DNA from: Chiloscyllium plagiosum
Taxonomy: Eukaryota
Direction: 5' to 3'
Assembly: GCF_004010195.1 (NCBI RefSeq)
Contig: NC_057719.1
Span: 17,118,517 to 17,174,899 of the forward strand
DNA: 56,383 nt
A program made the position numbers and the translations under genes. Below are positions 38,960 through 51,660 of this stretch, in pieces. How positions within the stretch are numbered: the first letter of the stretch is position 1; each line of letters begins with the position of its first letter. Under the pieces are notes generated by a model that made no database searches, was not told where the DNA came from, and worked only from the letters and a program-made list of their open reading frames with translations.

Positions 38960-39185
38960 AAGAAAAATACTGTGGATGCTAAAAATCTGAAATGACAACA
39001 GAGAAATTCATCAGGTCTGGCCTCATCTGCAGAAGAAAAGAAAAATGGAGTCAATGTTTTGAGTCCCACAGCACTTGATCAGAACTGTTCAGAAGTTGTG
39101 TCATTGGATTTAAAAAGTTATTGTTGCTTCTCTTTCCAAAGATGCTGCTAGAGCTGCTGAGTTTCTCCAGCACTTTCTGTTTTTA
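38960..39185. mobile_element. Old inverted pair of PLE ends (family C)
   Basis: tcaggtctggcctcatctgcag ... gatgctgctagagctgctgagtttctccagca. Confidence 0.65.
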
Positions 39186-40437
39186 TTCCAATGAACACAT
39201 TATATGTGCTCCTTTCGGACCTGTCCTCTGCCAATGAATGGTTCAGTGTGTTGTGATACATTGCCAATCTTTTTTGGCAGGTTGGGGGTTACCAGTCCAA
39301 GCATTAGACTTGCCCCAGCTGCATGAACAGCTTTTGCTTCCTATCTACGATCTGAAACTCCAGATCTTTATTCATGTTACTGCACTGGGCTCTCAGAGTA
39401 ATCTCTCCTCCCTACATGAATACAATGTAATCATACAGCCTCAACACCACTTTAGGGGACTTCATTTTTGAATTGTCAAACTGAGCCACATCATATAGAT
39501 CTGGGAACGTCATGATGTTGCACAAAGCACCAGTGTCTATCAGACTCTTTATTTTCATCTAATGTTCTCCTTTGTGGTCATCATTCTATCACATGCCTAT
39601 CATCCTGACTGAATCAACGTGTTATATGGTATGGTATATGGTTTAGCTGGTATTCCTCCGGTGGCCTTCTTTATTTGCTTGCTATCCTTTTTTCTAGCCA
39701 TATCCTTCTGAGAAAAATGATATAGCTACTTGCAAGAAGAATATTGCTTTTGCCACACTGAACATGCCTTCTTCTCTGTTGTGTGATGTCCTCTGAAGTA
39801 TTTTCAAGCTGCCCTTTGTTCATAGTTGTTCTGCCCTTAGGGCTTGTAATATTTATCAATATTATGCAAGATTTGTCAAGAATATGTTTTAGCAGCTGAT
39901 TTAAAAAATCAGCGCTAATGCACGTCAATTTCTTCATGTTTCTCCTCTTTTAGTAGATATACTCTCATTGCAGGATCCTTATGCCTAATGCAATCTTGTT
40001 TTTAATTAGTTCATCTTCTAGTTTCACAGTTCCCACAATTTTTGATCTGACTTAATTAAGTCACACATTGACCAATGACTCTATTTTTCACTTTCAACCC
40101 TAAAACTGAAAAAGTGTCATTCATAAGTTTGTTTCACTTAGGGTTCAAAGCATGCCTTCAAGCCTTTTGCAATTTCTACATTGTTCCATTTTCCTGTTCT
40201 TCAGAGTGATTTGGAGTGGAGTACACTTTGCAACAGATTGTTCTCAGCACTGAGGAGATTAGCAACACATTGCACCTCGAGCTCGTTAAAAAGATTTGTT
40301 GCTGGTTTGCAACTTTACCATTCCACATTGAGAAAAACCTGCCAATTCTGTTTCACATGCACTGATAAATCCAATTTCAACAATGCTTTATGGCTGTTCA
40401 ACTATAAAACATAGCAAGTTCTTTTGCCTATACACAA

Positions 40438-40835
40438 AGGCTGGAGCGTCACAGGCTGAGGGGTGACTTCATAGAGTTTTGTAAAATCATGAGGGGCATG
40501 AATAGGGTGAGTAGCTAAGATATGTTTCCCAGGGTAGGGAAGTCTAAAACTAGAGGGCATAGGTTTAAGGAGAGAGGGGCAAGATTTAAAAGTGACCTGA
40601 GGAGCAATGTTTCTCACAGAGGGTAGTGTGTGTATGGAATGAGCTGCCAGAGGAAGTAGTGGAGGTGGGTACAATTACAGCATTTACAAGGCATCTGGAT
40701 GGGTACACGAATAAGAAGGGTTTAGAAGGCTATTCTGGGAAATATTGGAAAATGGGACTAGATTAATTTAGGGAAATCTGGTTGTTGGAGACGAATTGAA
40801 CCGAAGAATCTGTTTCCGTGCTGCATAAGTCTATG
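40438..40835 (+). mobile_element. CR1/HER1 3' end
   Basis: aggctgaggggtgacttcatagag...aactagagggcataggtttaagg...tggaatgagctgccagagg. Confidence 0.92.
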
Positions 40836-42264
40836 CCCACATTTGTCCAAATCCCTGGCATGTTTGCTGTTATGCACCAATAACATTTAATACCCGCCTT
40901 GGCAATCTCTTCATCAATTCCATTGGTGCCCAAGTGCTTGTTTTTATTTTAAATGGTTTCTAATTCCTTTGTGGTCTGGGAATTTCTGTCTATTTGATCC
41001 AGGTTTCCAGTCAAAATGAAGGACCTAATGCTTCCCAGCTCCCCGATAGAGGGTGATCTATGCTGCTCACATATTGGTGTCATTTAACAGATTCCATACA
41101 TGAGCAATCCAGATTTCAACAATTGGACTTGGATTCGAGTCTGACCTAAACGCCCACATTCACTCCATTCTGGAGATCTGCCATGCCTGCTATTCACTGG
41201 TGAGTTGAAGATCAAGGGAAGACGGAAAAAAAAGTGTTTTCTAAGTAAATAAAGAACAAAATAAATACAGTTCCAGCAAATTCATTTCTGGATTTTTTTT
41301 TAAAAACAAGTTGACAATACTTCTTCCATGTCAAGACCTCCCGTCGGGCCAAGCATTCTGCTCCTCTTGCTTTCCGATGTTTTGTCTAAGTATTCCTGTC
41401 CGAGGGCCAACAGGGCGCCCAGTGAAACTGGCTGACTGCCACGAAGCTGAAAAAACAACATTAAAGTATTCGCTCTTCGAAGGGGTGAACTAACAGGCTG
41501 TGCAGCAACACGTGGGGACTGCTGTGTCAAAAGCCATGCCTCCTTCATAAAAATTGCATTTGGTAATTCAACGCGTGCAGTTTTTCTTGTGTGGAAGACT
41601 ATATCAAGCAATAATTGTAGCAATTAGTTTAATATTATAAAACATTAAGCCATCATAAAACAGCTCTATTTGTTGGCTCTATCTATTTTCAGCATATTGC
41701 TTGTTAATAGGTTGAAGTCAAACTATGTGAGGCCCATCTTATTTAAAGTTAAATTTGTCTCTGCCAGTGCAGATGCCAGTCAGACAGATAAATAACACAA
41801 GGTTAAACATCCATCTCGTTGTTTGTTTTGATCCTGCAGTTCTGCCATCAGGCTTCTGCAGACTACAATCTGAACAGAGTGAGCAAATGTGCTCAGTGCA
41901 TCATCCAAGCTGGAGTTTAATGAGACATTGGCTCCCAGGTATGATGGGGGAGTGCACACTCACCACACTCTGTCAGTTCCATAGCTCTTGGAGATTTAAC
42001 TCGTGCACCCGGAAGTGCTCATTCTGCTTCTGTGCCAGTGTATGCGTGATAATGGAGACAATGGCACACTGGTTCACGTTGTGTGGTACTTGACGAAATG
42101 GAGAACAGGTCCTGTGCTTCAAGCGGGCTGGAAATTCAAAATGAATCGCTGGAAATCATGAGGGGGAGTTTTAACCACTATCCTCATGACCGGTGAGAGA
42201 GGATCTCTTGGTTCAGGGCTGGGAGAGTGAAGGAGATATAAATAACCAACCTCGAAAATACATT

Positions 42265-42598
42265 GGTGGCTCAGTGGTTTGCACTTCTGCCTCATAGCAC
42301 TAGGAGCCTGGATTTGATTCCAGCCTCAGGTGACTGCCTGTATGGAGTTTACATGTTCTCTCTGTGTCTTGCACATTTCCTCTGAGTGCTCTGGTTTCTT
42401 CCCACAGTCCAACAATGTGCAGGTTAGGTGGATTGGCCATGCTAAACTGCCCTGTAGTAACCAGGGATGTCCAGGCTAGTTGGAGTTTCATGGAAAATGC
42501 GGGATTATGGGGTTGGGTCTGTGTTGGACGCTCTTCGGTAGATCGGTACAGACTTGATGGGCTGAATGGCCTCTTTCAACACTGCAAGAATTCTGTGA
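42265..42598 (+). mobile_element. HE1-related SINE
   Basis: A box ggtggctcagtgg, B box-like gatttgattcc, V-domain. Confidence 0.88.
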
Positions 42599-42734
42599 GC
42601 TGACTCACTGTGCATAGGGCTTGCTGCAACATTATTTGCCACAGCATGGGGGGGCAATAATGTAATCATCAATATCATTAGGATAGTATTCCAGAGGTCC
42701 AGGCTAATGTTTCTGGGAGTAAAATAAAAGAAAG

Positions 42735-42875
42735 AACTGCTAGAATTCTGAAAAAAAAAACAGAAGTTACTGAAGAAACCTTGAAGGGTCACTGGACTTG
42801 AAACATCAGCTCAATTCTCTCTCCCCAGATGCTGCCAGACCTGATGAGTTACTCTTGCAACTTCTGTCTTGTCAA
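42735..42875 (+). mobile_element. PLE end fragment(s) (family C) inside a CR1-clade 3' UTR
   Basis: gaagggtcactggacttgaaacatcagctc...gatgctgccagacctg. Confidence 0.7.
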
Positions 42876-43659
42876 TGTTTTGGTATGTTGATTTACTCAT
42901 TAGCCAGTGGAATTTAAATTCAGTTAATGAATCTGGATTATAACAAGCTAGTTTAATAATGACAATGTTGATTGCTGTTAAAAACCCAGCTTCTTTACTA
43001 TTAACTTTTAGGGTAGGAAATGGTTGCATGGTCTGGTCCAGATGATGCTTCAGACTCATAGCACAATTCATTCATAACTAGTCCAACCTAAAGAACAAGT
43101 CAGCCCAAGGACAATTAGGGATGGGCCACAAATGTGTTGACGATGTCCATATAACATGAAAGAATAAAGGAAAATAATATTGGGGCTCCTCAGGAAAGCC
43201 TCAGAAACTACAGGGTTAGTGTTGCAGTGGAGCTGAGGCCAAGTTGAGACCAGCCACTATCATATTGACTGGTGCAACAAGCTTGAGCTCCTACTTCTTA
43301 TGTTCTTAAAGTATCAGAAGGTAGACACTTACCAAAGTCAAGGTTGTCACATCCCATTATGGACTGGTTGGACATTGACCCTGGTTGACATTTTACCCAC
43401 AAGGGTCACCAATTAACCGGCTGGCACGGGACAGCAATCTGACAGAGTGTCTTCCAATGGCACAAGGCATTGCCATGGGTGGGTGGGAGGTAGGGCACAC
43501 CACTTCTTTTATGGGTAATAGAGTGACCATAAGGGAAGACAATGTAGCCTATCTGCCCTTTTGGGAATATATGTAAGCTCTCGTGACATTATTCAAATAA
43601 GAGCAGTGTAGTCCTTCGTGATGGCCAGGCTAATGTTAAATCCTCAACCAACATCTCTT

Positions 43660-44337
43660 TCTTTACTATTCATTCACAGGATGAGGACATTGCTGGCTCA
43701 GCCAGCATTTATTGCCCATCCCTAATTGCCCAACGGGCAGTTAGGGGTCAACCGTATTGCTGTTGGTCAGGCATCACAAGTAGGCCAGACCAGGTAAGGA
43801 TAGCAATTTCCTTCCTTAAAGGATCTCAGTGAACCAGCACAGTGGCTCAGTGGTTAGCACTACAGTCTCACAGTGCCAGGGACTTGGGTTTGATTCCAGC
43901 CTTAGGCAACTGTCTGCATGGAGTTTGCACATTCTCCCCGTGTCTGCATGGTTTCCTCCCACAATCCAAAGATGTGTTGGCAGGTGAACTGGCCATGCTA
44001 AATTGCGCATAACATTCAGGGATATGCAGGTTAGGTGCATTACTCATGGGAAATGTAGACTAATAGCTAGGGGAATGGGTCTGCATGGGATACTCCTCAG
44101 AGGGTCGGTGTGGACTTGTTGGGCCAAATGGTCTGTTTCCGCACTGCAGGGATTCTACGATGAGTTAGGTGGGTTTTTCTGACCATTGACAACAGTTTCA
44201 TAACCAAAATTACCCTTTATTTAAGATATTTACTGAAGTCAAATTCCACTATCAGCTCTGGCAGGATTTGAACCCAGGTCCCCAGATCACTGCCTGGGCC
44301 TATGGATTAATGGTCCAACAAGGTCATTGCCTTCCCT
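43660..44337 (-). mobile_element. CR1-clade 3' UTR element, split by HE1
   Basis: ggatgaggacattgctggctcagccagcatttattgcccatccctaattgccc; homologous to 50395-50745. Confidence 0.8.
43837..44158 (+). mobile_element. HE1 SINE
   Basis: gcacagtggctcagtggttagcac head; V-domain; tail. Confidence 0.92.
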
Positions 44338-45984
44338 GTCTCTTCAAAAATAAGTAGATGATCTGATTCTTATTATACTCCTTTTGTGACAACTTCCTAT
44401 GTGCAAATCAGCTGACATAATTCTAGCATTGGTCATTAGTTCAGTAACAGCAGAGCAAATGGGGACATTCTAAGATTATGACGGCACTATATAAATGTAA
44501 GTGCTTTCTGTTCTACTTGTGATTCTATGAAAGGAAAATCAAAGTCAAGTTTCTCGTTGCTGCTCCTTTAAGGCATCACATTGACTGGAAAATGCAAGAT
44601 CTCGGGTTATTATAAACTCAGAGGGAGTGGCAATGCACTGTCACCTGGAATACTTACAATCTGAACCAACGATTACTGACCCCAGCACTGCCAATACTGG
44701 GCCTTGCCACCAGAATCGATGGCTCTTAGAATATGGCAGAATACACCAAATACAAAATAAAAGCCACTGAAGAGTAAAATTTCGCCAATACATCTGTCAA
44801 TTTATCTCATTCGACCTAAAATAGATATTGACAGTTAGTTTCAGAGTTGAAAATTGGCAGAAAGCGTGCATCATTTTAGAAGTTACAGGAAAGATTAAGT
44901 ACCAAATTAAAGTTAATGAAAAAGGAGGCACAGTGCCACAGGTATATGGCATAATGCCACCAGTGTGCCAACATGCGTTAACATGGAGTGGTAGGACCTG
45001 GGTTCGTGCCAGAGATTTCTCGCATGATGAGCTCTTAGTCTTGGCATAGTACCAGATGGAGGTGCAGAGTCAAAGCAGAACACTTCCCCATAAGGATGCA
45101 GGGAGAAACAGAGGGGATCTCACAAAACAACATCATGGCTTGCCTTGAAAAAAGTATCCCCTTTACCCCAGGTGTGATAGTCTCATTTTTTAGATCTAGA
45201 AGCAACTTATCATTGTTGTATCTTTTTACTGGGTGGCACAAAAGACCTCTCGGGACGAGTGAGACCTCATCTGTCAAGTACTCAGGTCTCTGCTATTTCT
45301 GGACCCAATAATTTGCCCCTCCAAACCCACACCTGAGCAGGAGAGTAGGAACGGCCTCAGGAAAAGCTGCACAAATATCTTTATAATTCAATATTTTATT
45401 GGGATTAGTCGTCCCTAATCTCTTAGCCTCACTCCAGCAGTACTTTCTGGAGTTATAAGGAATCGCTGCGTGTGACACCCTCCAACCTGCATGAGGTCGA
45501 GCACCAGTTCAGAGCAAGTTTTTGACAAAAAGGTTTTACTTATTCAGCCAGCACATTCCTAAGCCAAATACTTTTCCTTGTTCGGTAACTCTTATAATAT
45601 GATGAAGTTTGGCTCCTTGTTAAAATGAGCCAACTACCTTCGGATGGAATCATGACACTGCTACTGGAGGTGGATGTGTTGAAGCTGCAGCTTCCCACAG
45701 TCAACTTACTTCCTGGAAGCCCTCGCTACAAGACCACCTCTTCAAAACTGCTCATGTCTAATTTGGAGAATGTGAGTTATACTCTTAGACTGAGAAAGCA
45801 GCAACAGGTGCAACACTGCCAACAGAATATGTGCTTCATCCAACCATTTGAAACCCTCCAGCAGTTAGATATGGAGATGCTCTCTGTCAGTCTGCAGTGC
45901 AAAACATTTTTGAGGAGTTTCTTTTAGGGTTATGCATTGAGATCATTGTCCCTTGACACATTCGTCTTTATGCTCACAACCAAT

Positions 45985-46827
45985 GCCATCCATTGCCTGG
46001 GAATGGCAGTATTCGGACCAGACATCATGCATCAGTTGGAGGACGCTCAGGTAGAATCCTGTCTGTATGTACCACCGTTCGGAAGAAAATTCGCATCGGG
46101 CCCCAGGTTCCCGAATCTCTCTCAGGGGCCTGCGCCCCACAACCTGAGCCGCCTCTTGAATATGGGTTGCGTGTCTTTCAGGGAGACAAAATGGTGGTTT
46201 CTGCGTAGACTGCTGCTGCACACCATCCACCTCCATTCTTACGTCTACTGTTCAGACATGCCTTGGCGTGCTTACTTTTCACTAGGTGCTGGGAATCCCC
46301 GGTAGATGGCTCTCTACGGGGGAGCCCTCCCTTTTCCCATTGGGGACCTAGGTTGGAGGGTGTCACACACAGCGATTCCTTATAACTACAGATTGCGGTG
46401 GTTCACGTACTCCCAACTGTTTATTTTGTGGCCCTGTGGAGTCCATGGACCATGTGCATATATTGGCTGTAGGCATTTGCACTCCCTTTTCAAAAAAACC
46501 TTCTGTTATGTTTAAGGTTGTGCTTCAGCCCCACAATTCTGATCTTTGGGCACTCGGTGTCAAGTGGTGTGGGCAGATGGGAGGACCTCCTGTGGGTCTG
46601 CTCCTGGGCTTGGACAGATTGGCATTAAACAGGTCAAGGCAGAGTGGACCCTGGAGGAGGTCATTTCTACCAACTGCCTGCCGCTCTTCCGTGGTTACAT
46701 TTGAGCCTGGGTGTCCCTGGAGACGGAGCACGCGGTGGCCACCAATGCTATTGATGCCTTTAGGATGAAGTTGGGCACCGCGGGGGTGGAGTGCTTTATT
46801 TCCTCCTCCAACTCCATTTTGATTTAG
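45985..46827 (+). mobile_element. Tx1-like (L1 clade) ORF2 C-terminal remnant with zinc knuckle, frameshifted
   Basis: PHNLSRL...DMPWR...DLGWRVSH...CLFCGPVESMDH...FSPTILIFGH...VGLLLGL...CLPLFRGY...ECFISSSNSILI*. Confidence 0.85.
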
Positions 46828-47450
46828 TCCCCTCCTTCTTTTCCTAATCCCATCCTCTCCCCCTTCACATTTTGATGGAAGCCTTGTCTTTAAAAGGTTT
46901 TGCTTGTTAATGTTCAATTGGTTTTGGGCTGGTGGATAAAATGAATCATAAAATGGTGTCTTTTAACTGTTTCACTGTAGAAAAAATCATACAGAGCCAT
47001 AGGTGGTATGGGGAAAGATATAAGCATTACAGCTGGGCCCTCTTGGTGCAGTGGTCGCATGGGGGTAAAAAGGGACAATATAAATTAAATAAAGGAGGGT
47101 CTGCATAAATCCAAGTTATATAAAAGTTCTATCTTGGTGGAATTTTAATGCAATAATCTCTTCACTGAAGGCCCTCTACTTTCCTAAGGCTTGTGTTGAG
47201 AACTTGGTCACTTCAATCTGCAAAAATGAATGACAGGTGTCTACTGAATAGATTGCATTTCGGAGGTATCTTCCTGAAAAGTAACCCAAAAGGCATTGAA
47301 ACAAGACTATTCTGAGCTGTTGCTGACCATTTTGAGGATGCTTTGTGTGGACATAGGAGAGTTTACTTCGTACAAAGGGTGAAAGTAGATGTTCTAATGA
47401 GGAATGTTCTGTGTCCTCAGGGGACAGGAGACCTCCTTGGTTTCCTGCCA

Positions 47451-47479
47451 CCCCCCCCCCCCCCCCCCCCCCCCCCCCC
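47451..47479. repeat. Poly-C tract (29 nt)
   Basis: Direct count, followed by gaaagcctcc(cca)n. Confidence 0.9.
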
Positions 47480-47606
47480 GAAAGCCTCCCCACCACCACC
47501 ACCCACTCCTCTGCTGCAATTGGTTTGGTCTCCTACTCTCTTCCAATTCCTTAATCAGAGAAATGAAGACCCAAATAGGATGCCCATGACAAACCACTCC
47601 CTATCG

Positions 47607-47822
47607 TGATGTGAAGGTGCCAGTGTAGGACTGGGATGGTCAAACTTAAAAATCACACAATACCAGGTTATAGTCCAATAGGTTTATTTGGAAAAACAGC
47701 TTTCGGAGCGTAACTCTTTCATTAGGTAACTAGCTACCTGATGAAGGAGCAGCGCTCCTAAAGTTAGTACTTCCAAATAGACCTGTTGGACTATAACATG
47801 ATGTTGTGTGAGTTTTAACTTA
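47607..47822. mobile_element. Palindromic PLE-derived unit (family B), degenerate hammerheads on both strands
   Basis: aaaatcacacaataccaggttatagtcca...ctttcggagcg / cctgatgaaggagcagcgctcctaaag...ggactataacatgatgttgtgtga. Confidence 0.85.
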
Positions 47823-47997
47823 CTCCTTTCAGATGAAACTCACAAAATCTTGGTTACAACTGATGGTGAGGTCTTAACAAATGTAACAGAAAGTTCCAGT
47901 CAGCTATTTTGGAGGTCTTCTTAACCAAGCCAAGAATATGTGAATATCATTTTAAATAGTGAATATCCCTTCAAGTTATGCTTGAAATTCACATAGG

Positions 47998-48292
47998 GTC
48001 CCCACAGTGTGGAAGCCGGCCATTCAGCACATACCAAACCTCTGAAGAGCATCCCACCCAGACCCATGCCCCTATCCTTGGCTAATCCACCTAACCAGCA
48101 CATCCCTGGACACGATGGACAATTTAGCATGGCCAATCCATCGAACCTGCACATCTTTGGAAACCAGAGCGAACCCAAGCAGACACGGGGAGAATGTGCA
48201 AACTCCACACAGACAGTCACTTGAAGCTGGAATCGAACCTGGGTCCCTGGCACTGTGAGGCAGCAGTGCCAACCACTGAGACACTATGCCAC
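47998..48292 (-). mobile_element. HE1-related SINE
   Basis: V-domain and tRNA head. Confidence 0.9.
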
Positions 48293-50394
48293 CACATTTA
48301 TTTCCAAACAACTCGTGGCTGCTAGGACTGGGCATTAGCTGAAGCTGAAGCCAACAAAATGCTGTGTTGGCGCTTTACTGAGAGTAAGCACATATTTAAA
48401 TAACAATAGACTGTTTTAACAAGCTCCCAACTGGTTTCAAACCCATTGCTAAACGGTGTCCAGGATGAAACATTCATTCACTGAACACAAAATGGTAACT
48501 CTGTTTTTCTCCACACAGACCCTGCCAGACTTGCTGGGTTGTTCCAGCAAACTTTCTGTTTTTGTTTAACACTTGTGCTTCAGTTTATGAGCTGATCTTG
48601 ATCATCTTTTGTTACTGCTTTAGACTAGAAAGTGTTTGGGGAAAAGCATTCCTCTCGTGCGTTACTGATCCATGATGGGTTCAAAGTTCAATCTCAGCCA
48701 ATCCACATGCCGGGGCCAGTAAAAATAAAACCAGGGCTCCTGGTGCAGTGATCATGGCTAAAACGTGGGCGCGTGAAGCGGCTTTGTGGTGTTTTAATGC
48801 CCTGACCAAACTATGTCAGCCCTGACCCAGTAATCCCCCCTCTGCAGTTTAATCAGGCCACACTTGAGCATCACAACAGAGTTCCGACTGCAAATGTGGC
48901 CATTTAAGGGGTATAGCCACATTCTCTGAAGTCACATGAACTCCTCAGTCAGCCTGCTGCCTCATAAATGCTCCAGGTACAGCATAGAATACATCTCTGT
49001 CACCTCCTTGTCATTTCCAGAGCAGTGCAGACAAAATGAAGGGGAAGGAGTGAGAAATCTTTGTCACATTGCAGTGTGCAAGAAGTGTCATCAATACTGC
49101 TTCCTGGAACGTAGAAGGCCTCGGCAAAGCATTAATATTAAACATATGCCGGTGACATGATGGTTAGATAGCAAGCTTTTTGTGATCTTATCTGCAGTGG
49201 AGCAGGAGAGCTGAGAGAAGCAGTAGGTAGCAGAAGCCAGATGAAGCTAGGAGGTTAGTTATAAGTAGCAAAAACCATAAGAAGTAGTGTATGCTAAATA
49301 GCCCCTGGCATTCACATTCTATAACAGCAGCCCCATCCTTGCTACAAAGGAGAGCTAATTTTAACCCTCTCTGCTCCTATGTACTGCACTCTGCAGGAGC
49401 AGCACACTGATGGAAACTTGCAATTCCCTACAGTTGGAAGGGAAGAAGAAACCTGGTGAAATAAAATGCAAATCGTTCAAAAGTGATTTGGAGGAGCTGC
49501 ATTATTGCCGGCTATTTCATGTTGTGCAGTGAGAAAAGGTTGGATAAAACAAAATCAGTTCAACGAGAAAGGTCTGCATTCACACCAAAGCAGACTTCTG
49601 TAAGTGAACAACTGCAGCATATCAGCGTACTGCAGCCTGTGATCTTGTATTGCCCTTCAGTTGTGGGTCACAGATAGGAGTGAGTAAAGGACATCAGACA
49701 GGCAGAGTCGATTTCTCCTTCTGACACAGGCTTTGGGACATTCGAAGCTTTCTTTACTAGCTGCCCCTAGCTGCAGCTTAACTCCTACAAAGCTCTCCGG
49801 GGAGAATTAGTCTGCACTCTGTTCTTCCACTGAGGGGAAAGGGAAGAGAAAACTGCAGTGGGGAGGAGAGAAAACATCAAGCCTGAGAAAACTTATAGAG
49901 ATGCTATTATTGATCTGATCCTTATATCAACTGTGATGAGGAACCACTCAGCAGCCCATTTTCTTTACCAAGTAACCTTTACGCTGCCTTCATCCTGAAT
50001 GTGAGGTCACAAAAAAAATTCTCGTAGTTTCAGAGTTAGATGCGCAAACCTCACCGGCCAGGTGTAATGGGGTGAGTGCAAAGGTTTAAGCAAGGGCAAC
50101 CCCAGAAACAATATTTAAAAAGTGTCCATTAACTCAGAGAGAAGTGTTTGCCAAAACAAATCATCTTTGGGTCCATGTTAAAGCACAAAGTGTATCATAA
50201 AATTTAAAACCACAAAAGGTTACAATGTCTACATGTCTAATTACTTCCTGTGTTTGCAATGTTAATACATTGTTTTGGCAATTGGCCAACAAGCGGATGG
50301 TTTCAAGACCACCTGCCATCATGGCAGCCACTTGAGTTGTTTTTCACACCATGTCCGGTTCTTCAGCCAAGCGCACAGTCTCAGCCCAATTTTT

Positions 50395-50745
50395 AAAAAT
50401 TCTTTCCCAGGATGAGGGCGTCGCTGTCCAGACTAGCATTTATTGGCCACCCCTAATTCCCCATTGGGCTGTTGAGAGTCGACCACATTGCTGTGGGTCT
50501 GAAGTCACATGTAGGCCAGACCAGGTAAGGACGGCAGTTTCCTTCATTAAAGGACATTAGTGAACCAGATGGGTTTTTACAGCAACTAGCAATGGATTCA
50601 TGATCATCATTAGACTTTTAACTCCAGATTTTTAAAATTGAATTCCAATTCGACCATAGCAGGATTTGAAGCCAGGTCCCCAGAACGTTACCTGGGTCTC
50701 TGGATTCACAGTCCAGTGACAATACCACGAGGCTGTTGCCTCCCG
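50395..50745 (-). mobile_element. CR1-clade 3' UTR element (second family)
   Basis: ggatgagggcgtcgctg...gtaggccagaccaggtaaggacggcagtttcctt...ccaggtccccagaacgttacctgg. Confidence 0.8.
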
Positions 50746-50914
50746 CCAATACCATTATAGGTAGCGGTGAAGGCCCAACCAGTGGAGTGAACTTTCACCT
50801 GACCCCAGGTTGATTGCAGGGAGAGGGGAAGATCAGGCAGAATCTCTTCCCATTCCTTTTTCCCCTGCTGAGGCGTTGCTCAACAATGCAGGTGAGAGAA
50901 ACAAATGATCGGAT

Positions 50915-51660
50915 CGAATTGAATCAAATCGAATTGAATTGAATTGAATTGGTTTTATTGTCCCGGGTACTCAAATGAGTACAATGAAAAGTTTACAGTC
51001 GCCTTACGATTTAGGTTTAGGTACCGAGGTACAGATTCTTAACACCAAGTTCTTAGGAAACAGAAACAAATTAGAAGAATGAAGAAATAAATAGCCCAGC
51101 ATTCTAGGTCATAAAAATAAACTAGAAAAGTAAAGAAGTAAAAAATTCCGAATATCAGTTTTTCCAACCCAGACCATGCCGGACCCTAGCCTCAAGGAAG
51201 ACCTTCCCTTCCATATCCTCCACCTGCGCCTGACCCAACAATGTAGGAGTCGCCCCACTTTAGGCGCCATCTCTTCGGTGCGAGGTCCACTTTGCTGACG
51301 CCACTGATTCCACACTCACCCTGCAGCCAAGAGACCCTGGCTCCGTTGCCAGAGCAGGCCTCGAGCCCTGATCCCACTGCAGATGTCACCTGGCCAGAGC
51401 CGCCATCTTGAAGAGTCCACTATTGCTGGTTACCCCATCTCCGATCGCTAGACGAGCTGCCAAAGATCCCGAATGCGGGGAGAACATCTATCCCACTGAA
51501 CTGCAACACAGTCTCACAGAGCTCCAGCCATCCAGCTGCACAGGCTGGGAAATGGGGCAGCAAACCTGAGCTCACTTTCCTTCTGGGGTTAATGGCACCT
51601 GGTGTCATAGGACCTAAAAATAAAGGAAGAAAACAACACCCTTGAGAAAAACTGGGCAAA
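50915..51660 (-). mobile_element. Non-autonomous retroposon with Rex1-like end and (gaatt)n tail
   Basis: ttttattgtcccgggtactcaa...tacaatgaaaag...ttaggtac, shared with the 9030 element; GC-rich body with no VNTR. Confidence 0.6.

Larger units (their letters stand above)
43590..44505 (+). mobile_element. Deu-SINE split by a CR1-clade insertion
   Basis: aagagcag...cctcaaccaacatc | agatgatctg...tatgtgcaaat...ctatataaatgtaag. Confidence 0.7.

Noticed and set aside
42265..42340. tRNA genes (A and B boxes here and at other HE1 heads)
   Set aside because: These are SINE heads continuous with V-domain bodies.
45451..46387. DNA transposon bounded by 38-bp TIRs, or an endogenous virus
   Set aside because: The right repeat is an internal part of the Tx1 ORF2, which continues past it; no transposase or viral motifs seen.
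47176..47609. Proline-rich or glycine-rich ORFs
   Set aside because: Produced by translating the poly-C tract.
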